Below are positions 1 to 9,181 of a DNA stretch of 64,000 nt, piece after piece. Below the pieces are notes generated by a model. The model made no database searches, had not been told where the DNA came from, and saw only the letters and a list, made by a program, of their open reading frames with translations. The position numbers and the translations under genes were made by a program. Origin of the DNA: an uncultured Candidatus Binatia bacterium (GTDB taxonomy: Bacteria; Desulfobacterota; Binatia; UBA9968; JAJDTQ01); contig OZ219754.1 of NCBI GenBank assembly GCA_964291295.2, positions 1,120,001 to 1,184,000 of the forward strand, given 5' to 3'. Positions within the stretch are counted from its first letter, which is position 1, and every line of letters begins with the position of its first letter.

Positions 1-115
1 GTTGGCGCGTTATTCCCGGGAGCAGGGCATGATCGGGAAGGAGCCGGACGTGGACGGGCTGTTCCACGAGACGGTGCGCGGCGAGGAGTGGAAGCTGGCG
101 CGCTCGCGCGGGTGA
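1..115 (+). CDS. 3' end of a probable 4,5-dihydroxyphthalate decarboxylase-family (PBP-fold) protein, partial
   Basis: Frame 2 reads LARYSREQGMIGKEPDVDGLFHE...* with TGA at 113-115. It resembles the C-terminus of 51185..52162 (LDYSLAQGLIARRPDLRELF). Confidence 0.55.
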   Translation, partial: LARYSREQGMIGKEPDVDGLFHETVRGEEWKLARSRG

Positions 116-142
116 CGGCAGGCGAGCGGCGGGAGACGGGCC

Positions 143-1006
143 ATGAGCGAAGCGGGAAAGGGCCTTGCGGAACGGGCGACGCGGGAGTTGGCGCGGGTCG
201 CGGCGGTGTTTGCCGCCGGCGAGGCGGAGATTGCCGACGCCTACTTCTCCTGGGACCAGCGGGACCGCGGCAAGGAGGTCATCTGGCTCACCCGACAGGC
301 GGGCCGGGAGATCGAGAGCACTTTCACGGGCCTCAAGGAGATCGTCGACAAGGTGGGCGGCGACCTGGCGAGCCCGGGCCAGTACTGGGTGGACCGGTGG
401 GGCGGCGACGTGGACCGGAACTGGCTCGAGGAGAATCTCTTTCGGACCAGGCAGGAGCTCAACCACGGCAACCGCTGCGTCGATATCATCGAATGGCTCA
501 CCGGCGAGCCGCTGGACATCAAGGATGTGGTGCGCCGCTACAACCGCTGGAACCCCGATCCGTCGCTGCCCGACATGACGGAATGGGTGCGGCTGGCCCA
601 GGTGTTCCGGGAGCAGGAGGCGCGGACGGAGCCCTGGGCGCGTCTCATCAACTCCCAGGGGCTGCTCGAGGGCGGCAGCTGCGGGCTTTTCTACGCCGCG
701 TCCCGGTTGAGCGGCAGCGAGCTCAACGACCGGCTGGCCGAGGCCTTCACGGTGGTGCTCGACGATGAGCGCGGCCACGGGCCGGCCAACATCTACCGGA
801 TCGCCGGTGCTTTCACCACCCGGGAGGCCGTGGAGGGAGCCCGGGGACTGATGGTGGAACGGGGCATCCAGCGTCTGCGCATGCGCAACGAGCAGTTCAG
901 CCATCCCGTCGGCGAGGACCGCATCCAGAAAATCGCCGCCGGCGACATCAGCCTCGAGGTCACCCGGGCGATCTGGGGCGAGACCTTGGCGCGGTTCATC
1001 GACTGA
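143..1006 (+). CDS. Ferritin-like (probable diiron carboxylate) protein
   Basis: 287 aa, helical. Four-helix-bundle ligand pattern E (GREIE) ... ExxH (QELNH) ... E (LLEGG) ... ExxH (DERGH). Confidence 0.7.
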   Translation: MSEAGKGLAERATRELARVAAVFAAGEAEIADAYFSWDQRDRGKEVIWLTRQAGREIESTFTGLKEIVDKVGGDLASPGQYWVDRWGGDVDRNWLEENLFRTRQELNHGNRCVDIIEWLTGEPLDIKDVVRRYNRWNPDPSLPDMTEWVRLAQVFREQEARTEPWARLINSQGLLEGGSCGLFYAASRLSGSELNDRLAEAFTVVLDDERGHGPANIYRIAGAFTTREAVEGARGLMVERGIQRLRMRNEQFSHPVGEDRIQKIAAGDISLEVTRAIWGETLARFID

Positions 1007-1034
1007 ACGCGCTTGGGTCGAGGAAACCCCGTCA

Positions 1035-1817
1035 GTGGCGCCCGGCATCGAATTCGAATCCAGGGACGGCATCGCCTTCATCACGCTGAACCGGCCCGAG
1101 CGGCTCAACGCCATCAACGAGGAGATGTGGGCGGCGTTGGGGCGCGTGTGGGATGCGTTCGCGGCGGATTCGACGCTGCGGGCGGCGGTCGTCCACGGCG
1201 CCGGCGGCCGGGCGTTCTCCACCGGCATGGACCTGAAGGAGCGGGCGGCGGCGGGCGACCCGCGGGCGCGGGAGTTCTGGACCTCGGCCCTGGCCCGCGA
1301 CCCGGGGCGCCGGGAGCCCGTGTGGAAGCCCATGATCGCCGCCGTGCATGGATACTGCCTGGCCGGCGGCTTCGAGATCGCGCTCTCCTGCGACATTCGC
1401 CTCTGCAGCGAGGACGCCAGCTTCGGGTTCCCCGAGATCAAGCGCGGCTTCTTCCCCGGCAGTTCGGGCACCGTGCGGCTGCCCCGCATCGCGCCGCTGG
1501 GCATGGCCCTGGAGATGCTCTACACCGGCGAGTCCATTTCCGCCGCCGAAGCCCTCCGGTGTGGTTTGGTGAACCGGGTCGTGCCGCGGGACAAGCTGAT
1601 GGCCGAGGCCGAGCGGCTCGCCCGCGCCATCGCCGACGGCCCGCCGCTGGCCTTGCAGGCGGTCAAGGAGGTGGTGTTGCGGGGTCTCGACCTGCCGCTG
1701 GCCGACGCCGTCCGCTTCGAGGCCGGGTTCCGCGCCATGGTGGGCGGCACCGAGGACGCCCGCGAGGGTCCCCGGGCCTTCAGCGAGAAGCGCAAGCCCC
1801 GGTACGAGGGGCGCTGA
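1035..1817 (+). CDS. Enoyl-CoA hydratase/isomerase (crotonase) family protein
   Basis: ITLNRPERLNA, FSTGMDLKE, KPMIAAVHGYCLAGGFE, FGFPE, AFSEKRKP motifs; both catalytic-type Glu present. Confidence 0.95.
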   Translation: MAPGIEFESRDGIAFITLNRPERLNAINEEMWAALGRVWDAFAADSTLRAAVVHGAGGRAFSTGMDLKERAAAGDPRAREFWTSALARDPGRREPVWKPMIAAVHGYCLAGGFEIALSCDIRLCSEDASFGFPEIKRGFFPGSSGTVRLPRIAPLGMALEMLYTGESISAAEALRCGLVNRVVPRDKLMAEAERLARAIADGPPLALQAVKEVVLRGLDLPLADAVRFEAGFRAMVGGTEDAREGPRAFSEKRKPRYEGR

Positions 1818-1879
1818 CGGCAGGGTCCCCTCATCCCGCCCCGGTGCCGGGAAGGGCGGGGGAGCCTGGAGAATGCAGG

Positions 1880-3508
1880 ATGTACCAGGATCTCAGGGAG
1901 TACCTCGAACTGCTGGACCGGCACGGGCTCCTGATGCGTGTGGCGGCCCCGGTGGACAAGGACACCGAACTGCACCCGCTGGTGCGCTGGCAGTTCCTGG
2001 GCCTGCCGGATCATCAGCGCAAGGCGTTCCTGTTCGAGAATGTGGTGGATGCCAGGGGCCGGCGTTACGAGACTCCCGTGGTGCTCGGGGCACTGGCGTC
2101 CAACGAGGCCGTCTACGCCCTGGGCATGGGCTGCGAGCCGGGCAGGAGTTTCGAGAAATGGGCCGCCGCGGTGGCCGCGCCGCTGGCGCCGGAGCTGGTG
2201 GACAGCGGTCCGGTCCGGGAGGAGATCCACGTCGGCGACGGCCTCCTGGAGCATGGCGGCCTGGACGAGTTCCCGGTGCCCATCTCGACGCCGGGTTTCG
2301 ACAACGGGCCTTACCTGACCGCGTGTCACTGGATCACCAAGGATCCGGACACCGGCATCCGCAACGTCGGCAACTACCGCGGCCAGATCAAGTCCCCCAC
2401 CCGGACCGGCATCTACCTGATCAGCCCGCAGCAGGATCTTGCCATCCACTGGAACAAAGCCAGCGCCCTGGGGCGGCCGCTGCCCGCCGCCGGGGTCATC
2501 GGCGCGGTACCGTGCCTCTCCTACGTGGCGGTGCAGAAGATCGCCTACGGAGTAGACGAACTGGGCGTGGCCGGCGCCATTCTGGGCCGCCCGCTGCCCA
2601 TGGTCAAATGCGAGACCGTGGACCTGGAAGTGCCGGCGCATGCGGAGATCGTCATCGAAGGCTACATCCGTACGGACCGGCTTGAGCCCGAGGGCCCCTT
2701 CGGCGAGTCCCACGGCTACATGGATCCGCGCAGCCTGAGTCCGGTGTTCGAGGTGACCTGCATCACCCACCGCCGGAACCCGCACTACGTGGGAGTGCTG
2801 AGCCAGGTGACGCCCAGCGAGAGCAGCAAGATCAAGCATCGCGGCTGGGAGTCACTGGTGCTGGACCACCTGCGCAACCACTGCAATCTCCACAGCGTGG
2901 TCCGGGTGGGCATGCACGAGCCCCTGGTGAACCTGCGCCAGTTCGTGGTCGTGCAGATGCGCAAGACCCACAAGCTGGAGCCCTGGCAGGCGATGATGGC
3001 GGTGCTGGGGTTCCGCTACGACCTCGGCAAGGTGGTGATCGCGGTGGACGACGATATCGACCCGGAGAACTTCGCGGCGGTCAACTGGGCCATCTGCCAC
3101 CGCTCGCAGCCCCACCGGGACGTGCGCATCATCGAAGGACGACAGACCGTGCACTCGCCCATCAACTTGGTGCGCATGCACGGCCACGCCGGCGACTACG
3201 ACAGCGAGGACTCCGCGCTGCTCATCGACGCCACCCGGAAGGCCGGGTTTCCGCCGGTGTCGCTGCCCTCCCGGGAATACATGGAGCGGGCGCGGAAGCT
3301 GTGGCAGGAACTGGGGCTGCCGGAGCTCCGCCACGGCACCCCGTGGCACGGCTATTCCCTGGGCCTGTGGCCGGCGGCACTCGACGACGAGGCGGCCTTG
3401 GCGGTGAAGGGAGAGTACCACCGCATCGGCGCCAGGCTGGACGAGCAGGCCGTGCCGGTGGCGCGCGGCGAGCGGCTCCAGGACGTGCAAAAGCGGTGGA
3501 AGCCCTGA
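1880..3508 (+). CDS. UbiD-family (prFMN-dependent) decarboxylase
   Basis: MYQDLREYLELL start at ATG 1880; RNVGNYR, EGPFGESHGY, VDDDIDP, LIDATRK motifs. Confidence 0.93.
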   Translation: MYQDLREYLELLDRHGLLMRVAAPVDKDTELHPLVRWQFLGLPDHQRKAFLFENVVDARGRRYETPVVLGALASNEAVYALGMGCEPGRSFEKWAAAVAAPLAPELVDSGPVREEIHVGDGLLEHGGLDEFPVPISTPGFDNGPYLTACHWITKDPDTGIRNVGNYRGQIKSPTRTGIYLISPQQDLAIHWNKASALGRPLPAAGVIGAVPCLSYVAVQKIAYGVDELGVAGAILGRPLPMVKCETVDLEVPAHAEIVIEGYIRTDRLEPEGPFGESHGYMDPRSLSPVFEVTCITHRRNPHYVGVLSQVTPSESSKIKHRGWESLVLDHLRNHCNLHSVVRVGMHEPLVNLRQFVVVQMRKTHKLEPWQAMMAVLGFRYDLGKVVIAVDDDIDPENFAAVNWAICHRSQPHRDVRIIEGRQTVHSPINLVRMHGHAGDYDSEDSALLIDATRKAGFPPVSLPSREYMERARKLWQELGLPELRHGTPWHGYSLGLWPAALDDEAALAVKGEYHRIGARLDEQAVPVARGERLQDVQKRWKP

Positions 3509-3537
3509 TCCCGTCCGCTTGAAAGGCGCCGCGCGCA

Positions 3538-4287
3538 ATGGAGATCGACGCCACCCGGATCCTGGTGGCCGCGGCCATCTTCTTCGCGGGTTTCGTCAAG
3601 GGTGCTACCGGCATGGGGTTCCCTCTCATCGCCACCCCCATGCTCACCCTGCTGCTCGACATCCGCACGACCATCGTCGTGCTGTTCCTCCCCAGCGTGG
3701 TGATGGACCTGGGTCAGCTGTTCCGCCGCGGCATGCCCGGCGCCATCCTCCGGCGTTTCTCGTCCATGTTCCTGTCCGCGCTGGCGGGGGTCTTCCTCGG
3801 GACCTGGGAGCTGACCCAGTTGCCCCTGTGGGCGCTCAATCTCATTCTGGGAACGGTGGTGGTCCTCTTCGCCGGGGTCGGACTGTTGTCGTTCAACTTC
3901 ACCGCACCGCCGCGGGCGGAGCGGCTGTTGTCGCCGGTGATGGGGTTCGCGGGCGGGTTCTGCCTCGGTTTGACCAACGCCATGGGACCGGTCATGGCGC
4001 TCTACTTCCACGCCCTCCGGCTCGACAAGGGTGACTTCGTGAAGGCCATCTCCACCGCCTTCATCATGGCCAAGTTCTGGCAGGTGATCGCCCTCTCCAC
4101 CTGGGGCCTGTTCACCGTCGAGGCGGTGAAGCTGTCGGTGCTCGTCACCGGGTTCATCCTGGTGAGTTTCTGGCTCGGCCTGCGGATTCAGGACCGCGTC
4201 CCCCAGAGGGCTTTCAACCGCGCCGTCCTCGTGTTGCTGGTCGTTGCCGGGCTGACGCTGATGTACCGCGCCCTGAACGCGGGGTGA
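3538..4287 (+). CDS. Sulfite exporter TauE/SafE family membrane protein
   Basis: 249 aa, about 8 hydrophobic helices; AGFVKGATGMG and GGFCLGLTNAMGP repeats. Confidence 0.88.
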   Translation: MEIDATRILVAAAIFFAGFVKGATGMGFPLIATPMLTLLLDIRTTIVVLFLPSVVMDLGQLFRRGMPGAILRRFSSMFLSALAGVFLGTWELTQLPLWALNLILGTVVVLFAGVGLLSFNFTAPPRAERLLSPVMGFAGGFCLGLTNAMGPVMALYFHALRLDKGDFVKAISTAFIMAKFWQVIALSTWGLFTVEAVKLSVLVTGFILVSFWLGLRIQDRVPQRAFNRAVLVLLVVAGLTLMYRALNAG

Positions 4288-4417
4288 CGGCCGATGCGGG
4301 CGGCGGCCCGATGCAACGGATCGGGTACACCGCGACCGCTGGATCGACTGGAGTGAGGAGTTGCGGTTTCAGCGCCTGTACCTGATCGCGCCAACAGTAT
4401 TGAGGCTAAATCGGAGA

Positions 4418-5411
4418 TCACACCGGCGCAGGACCAGACGCTCCCGGGTCCGGCTGAGCGATACCGACTTGAACGGCTGGCATCGGAGCGACGACATGGT
4501 GTTTGATAAAAGCACGCCCCGTGTGGTTCTCGACGATCTTGGCCGCGGCTGTGCCGGCAAACGTATGCGTCGTTGCGTGGAACACGGACAACGCCAAGTC
4601 TTGGAGAACGGGATCGTCTTCCAGCCGGACTACCGTCAGTTGCCGTTCCTCGATTTCGGTTCGGGGAATATGCCTTGAATGGCTCTTGAAGTTCCCGTGA
4701 CCTGAAAGCCATTCGGAGACCGATTCAGCACTCTTCGAGCGATCCTCCCTGTCCGCGAACATATATGTTTCAAGCCATGTCTTCACCAACTCCCTGGCCA
4801 TGTCCAGAGCCAACTCGCATTGGACCAGGAGGTCTGGTCCGTACTGGTCCAGCATCGGCAGCCAAGCCGAGAGCTTTGCCGGGTCGGCGCATTCCCGCTG
4901 CGCCCGGTCGAACTGATCCAGCACCGCCTGAGCGGGAACCGCTCTCATCCCCAAGGATGTCTGCAGCAAGATCTGGGGATCTGTCGGGCCGAGGAACGAA
5001 TGTTTGCCGAGGACAATCTCGTCGGCGGCGCAAGCGATCATCGTCGCCGCCGACATTGCGAGTTGTGGCACGATCACCCGAATGTTCGAGAAGCGTTGCC
5101 TCAGATAGGAGACAACCGCCTCTGCTGACACCGGTGCGCCGCCCGGGCTGTGCAGGATCAGGTCCAGACGACTGCCCTCCAGCCCGTGGCTTACCTCCAT
5201 CAACGCCTGAATGTCTTCGTCAGTGATCGAAACAAGGCTCGGCGGTGCTTCGTTTTTCTGAAGCCAACCGGAAGAGTAAAGGATGGTGGCATTGCCGGTG
5301 TGCTGATGGAGTGCGGCCAAGTACTTCCGGCGAACCCTGTCGAAATTCGGCGGCCCCCCCCTGTTCGCCGGTGCGGGCCAACTCAGCCAGAATCTCGCTC
5401 CAGATCGGCAA
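4418..5411 (-). pseudogene. SDH-family Clp-fold serine protease (S49/ClpP-like), split by a +1 frameshift in a G8 run
   Basis: N-terminus MPIWSEILAEL (TTG 5411) joins PPNFDRVRRKYL if one G is removed from the run at 5354-5361. Motifs ILHSPGG, AMSAATM, LGPTDPQ, KSH. Confidence 0.8.
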
Positions 5412-5436
5412 TCTAAGGTTCCCTCTGTTGTTCCGG

Positions 5437-5649
5437 TCAGCGGGTGTCCGACGAATTCGTCGTCATAGTCCGCGCGGGCCTCTTCGTGGCCGATCTGTAT
5501 ATGTCGAGAGCCCGGACCTTCTCCTGCCAACTGCCGTAGACAGCCATCACCTCACGAACGCCAGGACGGGCAAGTGCAGCTTCGAGCATATCGGCGTGCT
5601 GCCGCTCGCGTTGTGACGTTGAGTGTTCGCCCGTTTCCTGCTTCTTCAT
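5437..5649 (-). CDS. Small hypothetical protein (70 aa) upstream of the Clp-fold protease
   Basis: ATG 5649 preceded by GAAGGGAG; ends 25 nt before the protease start; amphipathic helical sequence. Confidence 0.55.
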   Translation of the reverse strand: MKKQETGEHSTSQRERQHADMLEAALARPGVREVMAVYGSWQEKVRALDIYRSATKRPARTMTTNSSDTR

Positions 5650-6062
5650 GCAACTCCCTTCCTTCTCAAGAAGCTTGGCCGTGTCGGAACGACAATAGGC
5701 CATGTTACTCCGACGAGCAAGCCATCGCGTGTCTTCCCCAGTGTTCTGCGTCGCCACCCCGGTAGCCGTAAACTTGCCGAGCGCCCGGCGCAACGCCCAA
5801 GCAAGGCAGTCATTGGACGAGATGACGACCGGATAACCCGTGGCACGTCGCCTGTTGCACTGCTTCCGGTACTTTCCCCAAGCCCGACACACTGGGGGAA
5901 TCATCGGTCTCATGATTTCGAGGCCACCTCAATCCTGTTCGGACCGGGCTTCGATTTGAGCAATTGAGGCAGTCTCTCGTTGTCGTACCAGGATCGCTGC
6001 ATGGCATGCCCCAGAGCGCATAGATGCTCCCGCATTGCAGCTGACACTTTACCATCTCGAGT

Positions 6063-6303
6063 CGCGGTACCGCCACCTTCCGTAGAGCCGACGGGCTCTC
6101 CCTGCACGTGCGCGAGGCGACGCCTGCCGACCGGCTCCAGCGGGAACTTCACCACGCCCGGGCATCGACTTCGCTCCCGGAGGGGTCCGCAAGACCGTCG
6201 TGCGGCCGATCCGCGAACGCCCACGTGTCGTGCTCCTCGCCGCCCGGGGTAGGCGTAACCATATGAAATCAAGCAAGATTGTGTGGAGCCTGGCAAAGTT
6301 GGG
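6063..6303 (+). mobile_element. Degenerate right-end remnant of an IS1634-family element
   Basis: Translates (with one indel) to RGTATFRRADGLSLHVREAT...GIDFAPGGVRKTVV, matching the C-terminus of the transposase at 30351-32142 (TTFRRADGRTLHVRKAT...GIDPAPGGTRKTLV). Ends in TGGCAAAGTTGGG versus TGGTAAACTTGGG at that element's right end. Confidence 0.85.
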
Positions 6304-6432
6304 CCAGTCTGTCCCGGCAGACTGGCGACACCGGACAGACACGGAAAAAGTTCCCGGGGTATTGAAAAGCCCGTTATAATTTTCTGAAATTGGTAATTGT
6401 CAGAAACAACGGGCTGCAAGGGAGAGAACGCC

Positions 6433-7017
6433 ATGACACTCGAAACCGCAGTCGCCCTTGCCACCATTGCCGGGCCGCTGGTGGCGCTGGTCGTCGGGGT
6501 CGCTCAAGTCGGAATCGTGGCCTATGGAATCCGGACCATGGTCCGGACCACGGACCGGAGGGCGGAGCAGGCAGCGGAGCAGGCAGCGGAGTCCAAGCGC
6601 CGCCACGCCGAACGCATGGAATCGCTGCGTGCGATGGTCCGGGGCATGGACCGGAGGGCGGAGCAGGCAGCGGAGCAGGCAGCAAAGCAGGAAGAGGAGT
6701 CCAAGCGCCGCCATGCCGAGAGCATGGAGTCGCTGCGTGCGATGGTTCAGGGCATGGACCGGAGGGCGGAGCAGGCAGCGGAGCAGGCAGCAAAGCAGGA
6801 AGAGGAGTCCAAGCGCCGCCATGCCGAGAGCATGGAATCGCTGCGTGCGATGGTCCGGGGCATGGACCGGAGGGCGGAGCAGGCAGCGGAGCAGGCAGAG
6901 GAGTCCAAACGCCGCCACGTCGAACGCATGGAGTCGCTGCGGGCCACGATCCGGGGCATGGACCAGCAAGCCGAAGCGCTCAAGACCGTCGTCGAGAGAA
7001 TCGGGGGCGGCGCTTAG
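6433..7017 (+). CDS. Membrane-anchored coiled-coil tandem-repeat protein
   Basis: ATG after GGGAGAG; N-terminal hydrophobic segment; four 32-36 aa repeats (DRRAEQAAEQA...ESKRRHAE.MESLRAM). Confidence 0.8.
   Translation: MTLETAVALATIAGPLVALVVGVAQVGIVAYGIRTMVRTTDRRAEQAAEQAAESKRRHAERMESLRAMVRGMDRRAEQAAEQAAKQEEESKRRHAESMESLRAMVQGMDRRAEQAAEQAAKQEEESKRRHAESMESLRAMVRGMDRRAEQAAEQAEESKRRHVERMESLRATIRGMDQQAEALKTVVERIGGGA
6553..6960 (+). repeat. Intragenic tandem repeat, units of 96/108/108/96 bp
   Basis: GACCGGAGGGCGGAGCAGGCAGCGGAGCAGGCAG recurs at 6553, 6649, 6757 and 6865. Confidence 0.95.
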
Positions 7018-7046
7018 CCGACTGGTTCCGGAAGGGGAATCCGTCC

Positions 7047-7220
7047 ATGTACGCCACCGCCGTCCCCACCGCCGAGGCCGTTGCCGTCCCTGGAACCGCC
7101 CGCAGGCTCACGGTCGCGTCCGTCTCGGAGAACACGCGCCGGGCCTGCGACGTCGCCCTTGCCCGCCTTGACGGCCGGCCGCTCACGAACGCGCGCCTGT
7201 CCAACCGGCATGGCCATTCG
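7047..7220 (+). pseudogene. N-terminal fragment of a probable tyrosine recombinase/integrase
   Basis: ATG after GAAGGGG; ASVSENTRRAC..ALARLDGRPL resembles the SxNTxRAY helix of integrase core-binding domains; no catalytic domain follows. Confidence 0.5.
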
Positions 7221-7462
7221 CCAACGCCGCATCCGTGGTGGATGTGGCCACCGCTGGCGACCATCTCCGCATGTCCGATGCCGCGCGGTGCGAGACCGCG
7301 CCTTCCCTCGCCCGTACGCCCGGCCACGGCGCGCCGGTGACATTCCCGCATGCCATCTGCTATGGAGATGCTTCGGGCGGCTCGACGACGGATACGGTCT
7401 CGACCGGCTGTCCCGCGGCTCCGGCCTCCGGAGCGAGGCGGGCTGCACCGGGCGATGAACTC

Positions 7463-8905
7463 ATGAAGGCATTCGACTACGACGTCATCGTGATCGGCAG
7501 CGGTCCCGCCGGCTACACCGCCGCCATGCAGGCGTGCGGGCTTGGTGCCAAGGTGGCCATCCTCGAGCGGCAGGAGACCTTGGGCGGCACCACGCTCCTC
7601 TCGGGCACCATCCCCAGCAAGACCCTGCGCGAAGCCATCCTCTACCTTCGCGGGGTCCGCCAGCGTTCCTTCTACGGCACCGACTTCACCGAAAAAAAGA
7701 ATATAACGCTCGCGGATCTGTTCGTCCGCGTACGCAAGGTGGTCGAGCGGCGGGTGGCGCGGATGGAAGAGCAGATCCAGGCCTGTTGCGAAGGGAACCG
7801 CGTCGATGTCTTCCGCGGCTATCATGCCACCGTGGACGGCCCCAACTCGGTGCACGCCTGGGTGCTCAGGAATCCCATGGAGTCCGTCGACCTGAAAGGG
7901 GAGAAGATCATCATCGCCGCGGGGTCGAGGCCCCGGTTCGTCCCCGACATCCCCATCGACAACGAGGTCATATTCGACTCCGACTCCGTGTTCACCCTGG
8001 AGTTGAAGCGCACGGCTCTGCCGGAATCGCTGATCGTGGTCGGCGCGGGGGTCATCGGCGCCGAGTACGGCTCGGCGTTCGCGGTCCTCGGCTGCAAGGT
8101 ATCGCTGATCCAGCGCGACCACGCCTTTCTCACCTTCGCCGAACGTCCCATCGTGGAGATGCTGATCCGGCGCATGGAGGACGACGGCGTGGAGTTCGTC
8201 TGGGACACCTGGTACGACCGGATCGAGCGGCTGCCCGGACCGGCAGGGAAGGCACGGGTCGCCCTCACCGACGGCCGGGTGCTGGAGGCGGACGCGGTGA
8301 TCGTGGCCAGCGGCCGCGAGGTGGCTTCAAGGGTGCTGGGGCTGGAGGACGTGGGCGTCGAGACGACGGCCCACGGCCTGCTCAAGGTCAACGAATTGTT
8401 CCAGACCTCGGTGCCGAGCATTCATGCGGCCGGCGACGTGGTGGGCTTCCCGGCGCTGGCCTCCACCAGCAGCGAGCAGGGCCGCATGGCCGCCAACTAC
8501 GCCCTCGGCCGCCGGGCGGGAGGGCGCCGGACGCTGTTCCCCATGTGCGTCTACACCATCCCCGAGATCGCCATGGTGGGCTATACGCAACAGGAGCTCG
8601 ACACGAAGGGAATCCCTTACGCCAAGGGGGCGGCCACCTACGAGGAGGTCACCAGGGCCGGCATAATCGGCGATCCCCACGGGATGCTGACGCTGCTGTT
8701 CGAGCCCAATGGCTGGCATCTGCTGGGCGTACACATCATCGGCGATCAGGCCTGCGAACTGATCCATATCGGCCAGGCGGTGATGAGCTACAACGGCACC
8801 ATCGATTACTTCATAGACAACGTGTTCAACTTCCCCACCATGGGGGAAGCTTACAAGCTCGCCGCTCTCGACGGGGTGAGACAGCTTGGCGGAACCGCGT
8901 CCTGA
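7463..8905 (+). CDS. sthA: Soluble (Si-specific) NAD(P) transhydrogenase-like flavoprotein
   Basis: IGSGPAG, GTIPSKTLREA, GAGVIGAEY, GDVVGFPALASTSSEQGR, YTIPEI, ELIHIGQAVM, VFNFPT. Confidence 0.88.
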   Translation: MKAFDYDVIVIGSGPAGYTAAMQACGLGAKVAILERQETLGGTTLLSGTIPSKTLREAILYLRGVRQRSFYGTDFTEKKNITLADLFVRVRKVVERRVARMEEQIQACCEGNRVDVFRGYHATVDGPNSVHAWVLRNPMESVDLKGEKIIIAAGSRPRFVPDIPIDNEVIFDSDSVFTLELKRTALPESLIVVGAGVIGAEYGSAFAVLGCKVSLIQRDHAFLTFAERPIVEMLIRRMEDDGVEFVWDTWYDRIERLPGPAGKARVALTDGRVLEADAVIVASGREVASRVLGLEDVGVETTAHGLLKVNELFQTSVPSIHAAGDVVGFPALASTSSEQGRMAANYALGRRAGGRRTLFPMCVYTIPEIAMVGYTQQELDTKGIPYAKGAATYEEVTRAGIIGDPHGMLTLLFEPNGWHLLGVHIIGDQACELIHIGQAVMSYNGTIDYFIDNVFNFPTMGEAYKLAALDGVRQLGGTAS

Positions 8906-9181
8906 GGCGGGAGCACCTCTGCCTCTCAAACCGATTGTCATGGAAAGCCCCGTGGTGTATGGGTGGAATCAGCCGGAGTCGCCGAGCCCCGTCACCCGTC
9001 ACGTCGTCAATGAAGCGGGCTTCGGCGTCAGGCAGGATGACTCGGGCACAGGAACTGCCTGGAATTTTTTGGCACTGCCTGGATCTGTTGTCGGCAGGCA
9101 TTGCCGGTGGTGGAGCCGTCGTTGGTGCGGCCTTCGGTCGTGCAGCAGGATCCGTGACCGACTATCCGGAGGGAGAAAGCC

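Noticed and set aside
1013-1879. N-terminal extension of UbiD (831-aa ORF)
   Set aside because: Off-frame overlap with the crotonase gene; the UbiD start is ATG 1880.
6553-6960. Repeat array considered as a CRISPR
   Set aside because: No unique spacers; units are multiples of 3 within one ORF; no cas genes.
8906-9181. Long leader before the first ABC operon as a riboswitch or sigma54 promoter
   Set aside because: No recognisable aptamer; only a weak GG-N10-GC match.
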